A program made the position numbers and the translations under genes. From Alphaproteobacteria bacterium (GTDB lineage: Bacteria > Pseudomonadota > Alphaproteobacteria > RF32 > CAG-239), in contig SUUR01000003.1 in the NCBI GenBank assembly GCA_015062435.1, positions 8,184 to 72,183 on the forward strand: DNA of 64,000 bases, in the 5' to 3' direction. Below the pieces are notes generated by a model. It searched no databases. It was given only the letters and a program-made list of their open reading frames with translations, and had not been told where the DNA came from. Shown in pieces: positions 1 to 9,889 of the stretch (position 1 is the first letter of the stretch; the number at the start of each line of letters is the position of its first letter).

Positions 1-56
1 AGATAAGGTAAAAAGTTTTGGGATCTTTGGTAAGTAATTACTAATTTGGCAAGTTT

Positions 57-86
57 AAACAGCCTCTATTTGAGGCTGTTTTTTAT
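57..86. terminator. Hairpin plus T-run overlapping the stop codon of the dsbD-like gene; likely bidirectional terminator
   Basis: Stem CAGCCTC (60-66) pairs with GAGGCTG (72-78); loop TATTT; T6 at 79-84; A-run on the other side. Confidence 0.5.
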
Positions 87-1625
87 TGCTTTTTCAACAA
101 TAGCAGGAGTTAGAATTTGTGGCAAAATTTCATATGTATCAGATTTCCCGTTATAAAACACATATAAAGGAACCGAACTTCGATTATATTTATCCAATGC
201 CATTGAAATATCATCAGAATTATTAGTCCAATCAGCTTCAAATAAATGGATTTTATATTTTTTTGCCAATTGAATAAAATCATCAGTTTCTAGAGATGTT
301 TTTTTGTTAATTACGCAAGTCAAACACCATTTTGCCGTAAAATTAATAAAAACTTTTTCATCTTTATTAACCAGATTTTCTACTGTTTTAGCATCATAAT
401 TTTGCCAAATACCTTTATCATCGGATATCGGATTTTGTAAATTATACAATACCCACAGCAACCAAGCAACCGTCATAAATACCGGAATTGCTAATATTTT
501 TTTGATAACGACCATCCACACACCCGGTTTGGGTAATATCTTTTTTATTTGTTGCGGAAACAATTCTGCCAAAGTAAAGGGGAGGGCATATCCCAAACTC
601 AAAACAAAAAACACCGGATAAAATGTATAAATCGGCGCACTCAAAGCATATCCTATTGCTACCCCCATAAAAGGAGCCGTACAAGGAGTTGCGATTAATA
701 CTGCCAGACAACCGGTAACAAAAGAGGTCAGTATCGGTGATGTTGAGCTAAATTGTTTGGTTATCGGACTGGTGATATTTACCACATCTAATAACATCAG
801 CCCTATAAACATAAACAACAAAGCCATTATTCCAACAAACCATGATGATTGGAACTGAAATCCCCAACCGATAACATTTCCGGCGGAACGTATTCCCCAT
901 AAAAGTGTAGCAATAATCATAAATGAAGTCACCACACCGCTACAATAAGCCAGAGCCTTAGTTGTACGCATGTAATTTTTCGTTACTTGAGCCAAATTAA
1001 TGACTTTTATTACTAATATAGGAAAAATACAAGGCATAATATTGATAACAATTCCACCGATAAACGCCATAAGCAAAATAATCGGCAAATTAATATCATT
1101 ATCAGAAACAAAAACCTTTTGAGCTTTTGCAAATTCTTCATTCCATAAGTTTGTTGATAACTGTTCTTGTTTTGACACCGGAATATTTAAAGTAATTTTT
1201 TTACTCTGCGGGATACAATCCTCATTACAAGCCAACCATTTGATTTTGGCATCAATTAAAATATTTTGAACATCAATTTTATGAGGAATAAGAGCTGTCT
1301 GCAAATAAGCCAAATTTGCAAACCCTCTTTGTATAAATCCTTCATTAACAAACTCTTTGTCATTACTCCAACTTTCACCGGATATTGAGATTCCTTCGGG
1401 AGCAGACCACTCAACAGATGTCGGTAAACCTATTTCTCCCGGATTTTGACTAAAAATATGCCAACCGGGTGCTATTTCAAATTTTACTAACAATCCCATA
1501 TTTTGAGCAATATTAACAGCATCATATTGAGGGATTATCGTAACATTTACAGGTTCAGTGGCAAAAGCAGTTGATATTGTATAAAACAAACAAAAAACAA
1601 CTGCTTTTACCCATAACTTAAACAT
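66..1625 (-). CDS. DsbD/ScsB-family thiol:disulfide reductase (periplasmic N-domain, membrane core, C-terminal thioredoxin)
   Basis: 519 aa with a signal peptide. Polytopic core carries conserved Cys in MPCIFP and ATPCTAPF. C-terminal thioredoxin motif is WCLTC. Confidence 0.75.
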   Translation of the reverse strand: MFKLWVKAVVFCLFYTISTAFATEPVNVTIIPQYDAVNIAQNMGLLVKFEIAPGWHIFSQNPGEIGLPTSVEWSAPEGISISGESWSNDKEFVNEGFIQRGFANLAYLQTALIPHKIDVQNILIDAKIKWLACNEDCIPQSKKITLNIPVSKQEQLSTNLWNEEFAKAQKVFVSDNDINLPIILLMAFIGGIVINIMPCIFPILVIKVINLAQVTKNYMRTTKALAYCSGVVTSFMIIATLLWGIRSAGNVIGWGFQFQSSWFVGIMALLFMFIGLMLLDVVNITSPITKQFSSTSPILTSFVTGCLAVLIATPCTAPFMGVAIGYALSAPIYTFYPVFFVLSLGYALPFTLAELFPQQIKKILPKPGVWMVVIKKILAIPVFMTVAWLLWVLYNLQNPISDDKGIWQNYDAKTVENLVNKDEKVFINFTAKWCLTCVINKKTSLETDDFIQLAKKYKIHLFEADWTNNSDDISMALDKYNRSSVPLYVFYNGKSDTYEILPQILTPAIVEKAIKNSLK

Positions 1626-1628
1626 ATT

Positions 1629-2306
1629 TTATTTACCTCTGGCCATAATCACAAATTTGTAATATGCCGATGATATTAAAACCAATGCTTTAATCAAACA
1701 CCAACACCCCAAAATCAAAGCTACCGGCACAAACCAATTGGGGACAAGACACATTAATACAAAAGCCGTAAGTGTTTCGGCGCCTTGAGCTAATCCTCCC
1801 AAATAAAAAGGAGATTCATTCAGCATTTTTTTATCACTGTTTCCTTTAGAATACGCAATAACAGCAAAGGCTAACATCACGCATGCGGAAGTAGCAAATC
1901 CAAACAACAAAAAGGTTGCTGACAATGCATTTTGTTCAGGATTTGATAGCGCAAATCCCAAGATAACACCGGCATAAAATATATAATCTAAAGATGCATC
2001 TAAAAACACACCGAAATCTGTTTTTCCTTTAATTTTAGCAACAGCACCGTCCAGAGCATCTCCTAAACGATTAAGCAAAATAAACAACAAAGCCCACCCG
2101 AAATAATTATTAGCCAAACAATTAATAGCCATTAACCCCAAAACAAAACCGCAATAACTGATTGTATTGGCAGATATTCCCGCTTTGGCAAACTTGGAAG
2201 CAAGTACATTTATATTATCTTTTACACATTCAATACCTGCACATAAATTTGTTTTACTATATTGTGTACGTAAGCTATTAAATATTGCTTTAATTTTTGT
2301 TTGCAT
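1629..2306 (-). CDS. CDP-alcohol phosphatidyltransferase family protein
   Basis: 225 aa and polytopic. Motif GDALDGAVAK...FLDASLD fits the D-G-x2-A-R...D-x3-D family signature. Confidence 0.65.
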   Translation of the reverse strand: MQTKIKAIFNSLRTQYSKTNLCAGIECVKDNINVLASKFAKAGISANTISYCGFVLGLMAINCLANNYFGWALLFILLNRLGDALDGAVAKIKGKTDFGVFLDASLDYIFYAGVILGFALSNPEQNALSATFLLFGFATSACVMLAFAVIAYSKGNSDKKMLNESPFYLGGLAQGAETLTAFVLMCLVPNWFVPVALILGCWCLIKALVLISSAYYKFVIMARGK

Positions 2307-2393
2307 TATATAATCTCCTAAAAAATTGTTTTGATTAATTATAAAATAATTTTCAAGAAAGTAAAAAACATCTTTTAGGTTATAAAGAACAAT

Positions 2394-3425
2394 ATGCGTA
2401 CTTCCAAAAAAATTTCAATAATTTTCGTTATATCCCTGATAGTAATAATTTCAATATTCAAATCTCCTTATTATGAATACAAAGGTTTTATTTTTAATAC
2501 CTATTACGATATAAGAATCCGGTCTTTTAAAGAAGGTCAAGGCCTTTCTCACAAGATAGAAACTGTTTTAGAAGATATTAATCGCACGATGTCTGTATTT
2601 CGTTCGGATTCTGAGCTTAGTAAATTAAATCAAACTCCGATGTATAAAGAATTTGAACTTTCGACAGATCTTGCGAAAGTTCTTAAAAAATCACAAGAAA
2701 TCAATAAACTGAGTTATGGATATTTTGATCCGAGCATTTCCCCATTGATTGATTTATGGGGATTCGGAAAAAAAACACCATCACCTATATTGCCATCAGA
2801 AGAACAAATATCCGAGGTGTTAAAATACAGTAAATTTTCGGGGCTTATATTTTCTGATGATTTTCAAAGTGTTATAAAAACAGATTCTCGTATGGAATTA
2901 AACCTATCAGCTATCGCCAAAGGTTTTGCCGTAGATAAAATTGCAGAACTTCTGGAAGAAGAGGGATTTAATGATTATATCGTAGAAATAGGCGGAGAGG
3001 TAAGAACTTCCGGTTATAGAAACAGATCGGGAACAGGTTGGTACGTAGGTATTGGAGTACCACATCCGGATAAATTATCAAATGCAATTGTTTTGGAGTT
3101 GAGTAATATGTCTGTGGCTACTTCCGGAGATTATCGAAACTTTATTGAAAAAGAAGGTATCAGATACTCTCATACAATTTCTCCCGTTGAAGGAAAGCCA
3201 GTACAAAATAAACTGGCATCTGTAAGTGTATTTGCTCCAACATGTATGGAAGCCGATGCATACGCCACTGCCATAATGTCTATGGGAGAAGATAAAGGAT
3301 TACAATTTGCCAATGACAATTTGTTGGCTGTAATTTTATTTATTCATACCCAAAAAGACAAATTTAAGACTGTGTTATCTTCTCAAGCAAAAAAAATATT
3401 AGGAGATCAATATGAAACAGATTAG
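2394..3425 (+). CDS. apbE: FAD:protein FMN transferase ApbE
   Basis: 343 aa. ApbE-like blocks: FDPSISPLIDLWGFG, LSAIAKGFAVDK, ATSGDYRNF, MEADAYATA. Lies directly upstream of the rnf genes. Confidence 0.85.
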   Translation: MRTSKKISIIFVISLIVIISIFKSPYYEYKGFIFNTYYDIRIRSFKEGQGLSHKIETVLEDINRTMSVFRSDSELSKLNQTPMYKEFELSTDLAKVLKKSQEINKLSYGYFDPSISPLIDLWGFGKKTPSPILPSEEQISEVLKYSKFSGLIFSDDFQSVIKTDSRMELNLSAIAKGFAVDKIAELLEEEGFNDYIVEIGGEVRTSGYRNRSGTGWYVGIGVPHPDKLSNAIVLELSNMSVATSGDYRNFIEKEGIRYSHTISPVEGKPVQNKLASVSVFAPTCMEADAYATAIMSMGEDKGLQFANDNLLAVILFIHTQKDKFKTVLSSQAKKILGDQYETD

Positions 3426-3831
3426 TCATTATGGAAAAGTTATTAATATAAAAAACAATAAGTTACAAGTTCAAATAACCAGATATTCCGCTTGCCATAA
3501 TTGTGATGCTCGACATGGATGTGGTTTGATGGATTGTCAAAACAAAATTATTGATATTGAAACAGATAAAATTAAAACTTTCAAAATAGGTGATGATGTA
3601 TTAATAAATATGGAACAAAATCAAGCTACCTATGCTATCATTTTAGGATATATATTGCCACTTATAATAATGGTATCTGCTTTAATCATAACATATTCAC
3701 TATCCTCAGACCAATTAAAAAGTGGTATATCTGCTATTATTATCTTGATTCCTTATTATTTATGGTTATTCTTAAACCGCAAACGGTTGGCACATAAATT
3801 TCGCTTTACCGTTTCTAAGATTATGGAATGA
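3412..3831 (+). CDS. RseC/MucC-family (SoxR-reducing system) small membrane protein
   Basis: 139 aa. N-terminal Cys cluster CHNCDARHGCG followed by two TM helices. Overlaps the apbE stop and precedes rnfB. Confidence 0.6.
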   Translation: MKQISHYGKVINIKNNKLQVQITRYSACHNCDARHGCGLMDCQNKIIDIETDKIKTFKIGDDVLINMEQNQATYAIILGYILPLIIMVSALIITYSLSSDQLKSGISAIIILIPYYLWLFLNRKRLAHKFRFTVSKIME

Positions 3832-3837
3832 TAAAAA

Positions 3838-4677
3838 ATGGACGATACAGTACTTTTTAGTGTTATGATTTTAGGCGGAATAGCAATTGTATCCGCCATA
3901 ATTTTATATTGGGTTTCTCGCAAATTTGCAGTTGATGAAGATATTAAAGTTACGGAAATAGAATCTGTTCTGCCTCAGGCTAACTGTGGAGGCTGTTCTT
4001 ATGCCGGCTGTCATGATTTTGCAACGGCTTGTGCCAACGCAGATGAAAGTAAATTTTCCACATTGTTTTGTCCGGTAGGGGGGCAAACAGTGATGGATCA
4101 AGTTGCATCAATCAAAGGTTTTGCCAAAGTTGAAAAACAACCAACTTCAGCGGTATTACGTTGCAACGGTACTTGTCAAAACGCTCCTCAAAAAGTTTTA
4201 TATGATGGTATATGCAGTTGTCGCATTGCAGCCAGAATTTCAAGCGGACAAACAGGTTGCCCCAATGGTTGTTTGCGTCTTGGTGATTGTATAAAAGTAT
4301 GTAAATTCGGAGCATTAAGTCTTGACAATCAAACCGGAATGCCGGTTGTTGATCATGAAAAATGTACATCTTGCGGAGCTTGCGTCAAAATGTGTCCGAG
4401 AGGATTATTTGAAATTCGCACCAAAGGTAATAACGGAGAAATGGTATATGTTGCATGCCGTAACACTCAAAAAGGCGCCCAAGCCCGCAAAAACTGTAAA
4501 GTCGCATGTATTGCTTGTCAAAAATGTGCTAAAATTAATTCTGAAATAACAATTCAAAACAATCTTTCTTATATTCCGGATTCGGTTTCAGCTGAACAAT
4601 TCGGAAAAGAATTAAGCCAAGCATGCCCGACCGGAGCAATAAACTACTACTGCAAAAAAGAGGAAACCAATGTGTAA
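3838..4677 (+). CDS. rnfB: Rnf electron transport complex subunit B
   Basis: 279 aa. N-terminal TM helix, CGGCSYAGC cluster and several CxxCxxCxxxCP ferredoxin motifs. Confidence 0.9.
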   Translation: MDDTVLFSVMILGGIAIVSAIILYWVSRKFAVDEDIKVTEIESVLPQANCGGCSYAGCHDFATACANADESKFSTLFCPVGGQTVMDQVASIKGFAKVEKQPTSAVLRCNGTCQNAPQKVLYDGICSCRIAARISSGQTGCPNGCLRLGDCIKVCKFGALSLDNQTGMPVVDHEKCTSCGACVKMCPRGLFEIRTKGNNGEMVYVACRNTQKGAQARKNCKVACIACQKCAKINSEITIQNNLSYIPDSVSAEQFGKELSQACPTGAINYYCKKEETNV

Positions 4678-5992
4678 GATAAAAACTTTTTCCAAAGGCG
4701 GTATTCACCCGGATAAATACAAAATTACCACAGATTCTCCGATAATATCTGCCGGTTTACCTGAATTTGTAACAATTCCGGTAAAACAACACATCGGTTC
4801 TCCGGCCAAAATTTTAGTTTCGGTAGGAGATAAAGTAAAAGTTGGTACCCATATTGCAGATGCAGATGGTATTGTATCAGCAGATGTTCATTCTTCGGTA
4901 TCCGGAGAAGTTGTTAAGATAGAAGCAGTAGAAGGGGGAATAGGTTATCTTGAAGATATGATAACCATCAAGGTAGAGGGTGACGAGTTTGAAGAAACTA
5001 TAAACCTTAGTAATGATGTTAATCGAGAGATTCCTTATACTGCTGAAGAAATAATCAATAAAATCAGAGAGGCCGGAATAGTCGGAATGGGTGGAGCAGG
5101 GTATCCTACCCCTATAAAAACATCTATTCCGGAAGATAAAAAAGTAGATACGCTTATTGTAAACGGTATTGAGTGTGAGCCTTTTCTCACAGCCGATGAT
5201 CGCCTTATGGTGGAAAAAGCCGAGCAAATTGTCATCGGAGCTAAGATTATCAATAAAGCATTAGGCATTCAAAATGCAATTATTGCCATTGATGAAAACA
5301 AACCCAAAGCAATTGAAATAATTTCAAAAATCACCAAAACCTATGTCGGGGTTAATGTTCAGGTGTGTGCAACCAAATATCCTCAAGGAGGAGAAAAACA
5401 ACTTATTACAGCCATCACCGGCAGAGAAGTTCCTTCAGGAAAGCTTCCGTATGATGCAGGTTGTTTGGTGCAAAACGTCGGAACAGTATTTGCTGTTTAT
5501 GAAGCAATTATGAAGAACAAACCCTTATATGAAAGAGTTGTAACAATCAGTGGAGATACTTGTCTTCACCCTGCTAACTATATGGTTAGAATAGGAACGC
5601 CGGCATCATTTTTAATTGAACAAGCCGGAGGTTTAACACCTGAAACCACTCAAGTTATTTTTGGTGGACCCATGATGGGAATATCTGCTCTAAACCTTAA
5701 TGCTCCCATTACCAAAACGACTTCAGGAATTTTGTTACTATCAGATGCTGTTGCCGGCAAATCACCTGAAACAGATTGTATCAGATGCGGAAAGTGTGTA
5801 GATGCTTGCCCGATAGGATTGCAACCATATCTGATCAGCAATCTCGTTCAAAACAACCAAATTGATGAATTAAAAAATTGTCATGTCTTAGACTGTATAG
5901 AATGTGGGTGTTGTGCATATATCTGTCCTGCTCACATTCCTTTACTTGATTATTGTAAACTTGCTAAAATGGAACTTAGAAAGAAGAACTAA
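4670..5992 (+). CDS. rnfC: Rnf electron transport complex subunit C
   Basis: 440 aa. Contains GMGGAGYPT and two 4Fe-4S motifs (CIRCGKCVDACP, CIECGCCAYICP). Overlaps rnfB by 8 nt. Confidence 0.9.
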   Translation: MCKIKTFSKGGIHPDKYKITTDSPIISAGLPEFVTIPVKQHIGSPAKILVSVGDKVKVGTHIADADGIVSADVHSSVSGEVVKIEAVEGGIGYLEDMITIKVEGDEFEETINLSNDVNREIPYTAEEIINKIREAGIVGMGGAGYPTPIKTSIPEDKKVDTLIVNGIECEPFLTADDRLMVEKAEQIVIGAKIINKALGIQNAIIAIDENKPKAIEIISKITKTYVGVNVQVCATKYPQGGEKQLITAITGREVPSGKLPYDAGCLVQNVGTVFAVYEAIMKNKPLYERVVTISGDTCLHPANYMVRIGTPASFLIEQAGGLTPETTQVIFGGPMMGISALNLNAPITKTTSGILLLSDAVAGKSPETDCIRCGKCVDACPIGLQPYLISNLVQNNQIDELKNCHVLDCIECGCCAYICPAHIPLLDYCKLAKMELRKKN

Positions 5993-5994
5993 CC

Positions 5995-6975
5995 ATGCTT
6001 AAAATTTCAACAGCACCTCACTTTCAAACCAATAAAGACACCAAAGGCATTATGCTTGATGTTGTTATAGCTATGTTACCAGCAGCTTTAGTTGCAGTCT
6101 TATTTTTTGGTTTTCCTGCATTAGTTATTATATTGACGTCAACTATCGGTTGTGTGTTGATAGAATATATGGCCAACCGTTATTTGTTCAAAAGAGAAAA
6201 TAGCATTAAAGATTTATCAGCCATAGTCACAGGTATGCTATTGGCGTTTAACCTTCCGTCTTCCATGCCTGTGTGGATGATATTAATCGGAGCATTTATG
6301 GCCATTGTTGTTGCCAAATTATGTTATGGCGGACTTGGTAAAAACATTTTTAATCCGGCATTGGTAGGTAGAGTATTTTTATTCATATCATTTCCGGTAC
6401 AAATGACAAATTGGCCCAAACCGAACTTTATGCATTTTTGGAATATTGATGCTCAAACTTCTGCCACAACATTGGGGATTATTAAGCATATTGATGCTCA
6501 AACTTCTGCTACCAAACACGTTGTTGAACTACCCGATTATACTCAAATGTTTCTGGGAAATGTTGGTGGCTGTATAGGAGAGGTATCTGTTTTGGCTTTA
6601 TTGTTGGGGTTGGCATATTTATTATATCGAAAAATAATTTCTTGGCATATTCCGGTAATCTATATTGGAACATTTTTTATAATTAGTTTCATATTATGGA
6701 TAACTACCCATAGTATTCAATATGATCCTTTAACCAATCTTTTGTCCGGCGGATTAATGCTTGGAGCTATTTTTATGGCAACGGATTATGCCACCTCACC
6801 AATGACCATAAAAGGTAAAGTTATATTTGCAATCGGTTGCGGATTACTTACGGCAATCATCCGTTTTTACAGTGCTTATCCCGAAGGCGTCTCTTTTGCG
6901 ATTTTGATTATGAATGCCTTAGTACCGCTGATTGACAAATATGTTCAAACCAAATTTTACGGACAACGGAGATAA
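5995..6975 (+). CDS. rnfD: Rnf electron transport complex subunit D
   Basis: 326 aa, polytopic NqrB/RnfD-like. Contains GGCIGEVS and a duplicated IDAQTSAT segment. Confidence 0.9.
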   Translation: MLKISTAPHFQTNKDTKGIMLDVVIAMLPAALVAVLFFGFPALVIILTSTIGCVLIEYMANRYLFKRENSIKDLSAIVTGMLLAFNLPSSMPVWMILIGAFMAIVVAKLCYGGLGKNIFNPALVGRVFLFISFPVQMTNWPKPNFMHFWNIDAQTSATTLGIIKHIDAQTSATKHVVELPDYTQMFLGNVGGCIGEVSVLALLLGLAYLLYRKIISWHIPVIYIGTFFIISFILWITTHSIQYDPLTNLLSGGLMLGAIFMATDYATSPMTIKGKVIFAIGCGLLTAIIRFYSAYPEGVSFAILIMNALVPLIDKYVQTKFYGQRR

Positions 6976-6978
6976 CTC

Positions 6979-7560
6979 ATGACAAATAATCAAAAAAAAT
7001 TTATGAACATGGTTATCACACTAACAATCATCGCTGGAGCATCTGCATTTTTGCTCTCCAGTGTATATCAGTTCACCAAAGAACCTATCGCTAAAGCAAA
7101 AGACAAGCGAGAACTGGAAGCCATATCTCAAGTTGTCGAAGAATTTGATAACAACCCGTTTGCCGAAAAAATGATTATTTATTCAAAAAATCAAAAAGAT
7201 AAATTAGATTTTTATCCGGCTCGCAAAAAAGGAAACATAACATCATTTGCCATCAAAACTTATTCGGATAACGGTTTTGGAGGCAAAATTGAAATGATTG
7301 TCGGTTTTTATATAAGCGGAGCAATCAAAAATTTCAAAATAACTTCACATCAAGAAACTCCCGGATTAGGCTCCAAAGCAGATGATGCCAAATTCAAAGA
7401 ACAATTTGATGGCTTTAACCCCAATAAACAAATATTGAAAGTTCGTCAAGATGGAGGAGAAATAGATGGTATTACTGCTGCAACCATAACTTCAAGAGCC
7501 GTATTAGATGCCATCCAACGAGCCACCGATGCATACAATAATTTTAATGCAGGAAAATAA
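6979..7560 (+). CDS. rnfG: Rnf electron transport complex subunit G (FMN-binding)
   Basis: 193 aa. N-terminal TM helix, ETPGLG, and DGITAATITS as a flavinylation-type motif. Confidence 0.9.
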   Translation: MTNNQKKFMNMVITLTIIAGASAFLLSSVYQFTKEPIAKAKDKRELEAISQVVEEFDNNPFAEKMIIYSKNQKDKLDFYPARKKGNITSFAIKTYSDNGFGGKIEMIVGFYISGAIKNFKITSHQETPGLGSKADDAKFKEQFDGFNPNKQILKVRQDGGEIDGITAATITSRAVLDAIQRATDAYNNFNAGK

Positions 7561-7561
7561 A

Positions 7562-8158
7562 ATGAATAAACAAAGTTATATAAATTTAACCAGAGGAATC
7601 ATAAAAGAAAATCCTACTTTTGTAATGTTATTGGGAATGTGTCCGACATTAGGTGTCACCACATCAGCTTCCAATGGCTTTGGAATGGGGATTGCTACTT
7701 TATTTGTTTTGATATTTTCCAACATAATGATATCTCTTATCAAAAATGTCATACCTCCAATGGTTAGGATTCCTTCATATATTGTGGTCATTGCCTCAAT
7801 CGTTACGGTAATGGAATTGCTGATGGCAGCATATCTGCCCACATTGCATGGAGCTTTAGGAATTTTTATTCCATTGATAGTGGTAAATTGCATCATATTA
7901 GGTAGGGCAGAGGCCTTTGCTTCCAAAAACAATGTTTGGCAATCTATCTTAGATGCTGTCGGTATGGGTGTCGGTTTCACTATCGGATTAACTTCTTTGG
8001 GAGTTGTCAGGGAGGTATTAGGTAATGGTTCTGTATTTGGTTATACATTTTTGACGGAAGATGTTTCTCCGCTATTATTATTCATCATGCCTCCGGGAGC
8101 ATTTTTGGCTCTTGCCGGTTTGATAGTGTTGTTCAACAAACTGCAAGGGAGTAAATAA
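7562..8158 (+). CDS. rnfE: Rnf electron transport complex subunit E
   Basis: NqrD/RnfE-like polytopic protein. I prefer the ATG at 7562 (MNKQSY...), just after the rnfG stop, over the tracked 7508 start that overlaps rnfG by 53 nt. Confidence 0.88.
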   Translation: MNKQSYINLTRGIIKENPTFVMLLGMCPTLGVTTSASNGFGMGIATLFVLIFSNIMISLIKNVIPPMVRIPSYIVVIASIVTVMELLMAAYLPTLHGALGIFIPLIVVNCIILGRAEAFASKNNVWQSILDAVGMGVGFTIGLTSLGVVREVLGNGSVFGYTFLTEDVSPLLLFIMPPGAFLALAGLIVLFNKLQGSK

Positions 8159-8160
8159 AC

Positions 8161-8736
8161 ATGTCTTATCTTATGATTTTTATTACTGCCGTATTTGTAA
8201 ACAACATTGTTTTATCTCAGTTCTTAGGTATATGCCCGTTTTTAGGAGTATCCAAGAAAATATCAACTGCTGCCGGAATGGGGTTTGCGGTGATGTTTGT
8301 AATTACTTTATCAACCATTGTAACATTTTTAATTTATTATACTTTTCTTCAACCTTATAATTTAGGTTTTATGATGACAGTTACTTTTATTTTGGTAATT
8401 GCATCACTGGTTCAAATGGTGGAAATTATCCTAAAAAAAGTTTCTCCGGCTCTCTATCAGGCTTTGGGAATATTTTTACCGCTTATTACTACTAACTGTG
8501 CGGTGTTGGGTATTGCAATTTTGACAATTCAAAAAAATTACAATATTGTTGCCGGCACATGTTATGCTTTAGCCAGTGCCATAGGTTTTACATTAGCTAT
8601 CATAATTTTTGCAGGTATTAGAGAACGCTTGGCTTATACCAAAATTCCTACATCATTACAGGGAACGCCCATAGCTTTAATTACCGCCAGCTTACTTTCT
8701 ATGGCGTTTATGGGTTTTGCCGGTATTGGTGGATAA
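8161..8736 (+). CDS. rnfA: Rnf electron transport complex subunit A
   Basis: 191 aa, NqrE/RnfA-like. Contains NNIVLSQFLGICPFLGVS and LPLITTNCAVLG. Confidence 0.9.
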   Translation: MSYLMIFITAVFVNNIVLSQFLGICPFLGVSKKISTAAGMGFAVMFVITLSTIVTFLIYYTFLQPYNLGFMMTVTFILVIASLVQMVEIILKKVSPALYQALGIFLPLITTNCAVLGIAILTIQKNYNIVAGTCYALASAIGFTLAIIIFAGIRERLAYTKIPTSLQGTPIALITASLLSMAFMGFAGIGG

Positions 8737-8753
8737 TTTATATAAACAACAAT

Positions 8754-8793
8754 AAAAAAGCCTCCGGACAACTAAAGTCTTGAGGCTTTTTTT
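8754..8793. terminator. Rho-independent terminator after rnfA; bidirectional, also faces the convergent gene
   Basis: Stem AAGCCTC (8758-8764) pairs with GAGGCTT (8782-8788). T-run to 8793 and A-run upstream. Confidence 0.7.
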
Positions 8794-8813
8794 GATAGAG
8801 CTATTTAACTAAA

Positions 8814-9170
8814 TTAAATAGATATCTTTTTAAAATTGTACTCATCCATACACATGAATGAATTAGATTTTTCGGCATAGAGATAAACCTCATTGGTCTT
8901 TTCTCCTGCTTCTTTTTCTTTTGCTGCATGCATTTCTTCCAGTTTTTTCAAAACTTGGGCATTGCCGGCAAAAAGCTTAACAGCCACATTATAGGATACA
9001 ACACAAGCGTTCCACCCCAAGATGGTCTTGATAAGATTACCTCTGTGATCATGGTCATATTCAACAACATATTCAAAACCATGCTCAATTGCTTTTTTCA
9101 CAGCAGCATAAAAGTTTGTGTTTCTGTAAATCTCATTCCCCTGAGGGTCAGCAACAATGTAGATTTTCAT
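8814..9170 (-). CDS. Hypothetical protein
   Basis: ORF only. ATG at 9170 (MKIYIVADPQ...) is preferred to the TTG at 9212. No recognisable motif and no clear SD. Confidence 0.4.
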   Translation of the reverse strand: MKIYIVADPQGNEIYRNTNFYAAVKKAIEHGFEYVVEYDHDHRGNLIKTILGWNACVVSYNVAVKLFAGNAQVLKKLEEMHAAKEKEAGEKTNEVYLYAEKSNSFMCMDEYNFKKISI

Positions 9171-9232
9171 ATAATAATTTTTTAAAGGTTTATAAATAAG
9201 TTTACTGTTCAAATATGATTATTACAATAAGC

Positions 9233-9889
9233 CTATTTTGTCAAACTATTTTTTACCTTTTTTATCACTTCATCAAACATCTCAAAGGTAAGAACTCCGG
9301 TATTTATATTGTATCTGGAGGTATGATATGAATCAATCAGCCAAAGATTATGTTTGTCTAATTTGTATTTTTCACCATGTTTAAACTTAAAATCAGCTTT
9401 TCTATATCCTAAGATACTTAATATCGCATTATGAGCCACTCCTCCTAATACCAATATGATTTTCAAATTTGGCATTGCAGATAATTCATCAAGTAAAAAA
9501 ACTCCGCAATTCTTGACTTCTTCTCCAATCACCTTATTTTGCGGTGGTACACAACGCACTGCATTTGTCACTCTTACATTTATGAGTTCAAATCCGTCAT
9601 TTTTTATTTTTCCGTAAGTTCCTTTAGCTAAATCGTTATTTTTCAATATCGGATACAAAACATCACCGGCATAATCGTTTGTAAAAGGTCTTCCGGTTTG
9701 ATTCGCTCCATTCAGTCCCGGAGCCATTCCTACTACCAAAATTTCAGCATTTAGTTCACCAAAAGATGGTACTGCGCCATTATAATAACATGGAAATTTA
9801 TCTTTATTTACCTCCCTGAATTCCAACAGGCGAGGGCATTTATTACAATTTTTATCCGGACATATAAAGCTCATTACAAAACCTTTCAT
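9233..9889 (-). CDS. Uracil-DNA glycosylase superfamily protein (family 4/5-like)
   Basis: 218 aa. GMAPGLNGANQTGRPFTND resembles the G-x-APG...NRTGR-FTGD motif. Has an N-terminal Cys cluster and a C-terminal HTSRYN. The start could instead be the ATG at 9874. Confidence 0.7.
   Translation of the reverse strand: MKGFVMSFICPDKNCNKCPRLLEFREVNKDKFPCYYNGAVPSFGELNAEILVVGMAPGLNGANQTGRPFTNDYAGDVLYPILKNNDLAKGTYGKIKNDGFELINVRVTNAVRCVPPQNKVIGEEVKNCGVFLLDELSAMPNLKIILVLGGVAHNAILSILGYRKADFKFKHGEKYKLDKHNLWLIDSYHTSRYNINTGVLTFEMFDEVIKKVKNSLTK

Noticed and set aside
7508-7561. Upstream extension of rnfE (tracked start at 7508).
   Set aside because: It would overlap rnfG by 53 nt and add a non-conserved N-terminus. 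The ATG at 7562 starts right after the rnfG stop with the usual RnfE N-terminus.
7576-7980. 134-aa ORF antisense to rnfE. Similar antisense or shadow ORFs occur at 442-711, 3904-4369, 4877-5268, 10765-11389, 15400-15771, 26773-27461, 31056-31508, 39482-40276, 42854-43557, 43955-44360, 52999-53761, 62461-62730 and 63359-63772.
   Set aside because: Each lies entirely inside a well-supported gene on the other strand or in another frame. None has an SD or a recognisable motif, and their composition is the low-complexity mirror of the real gene.
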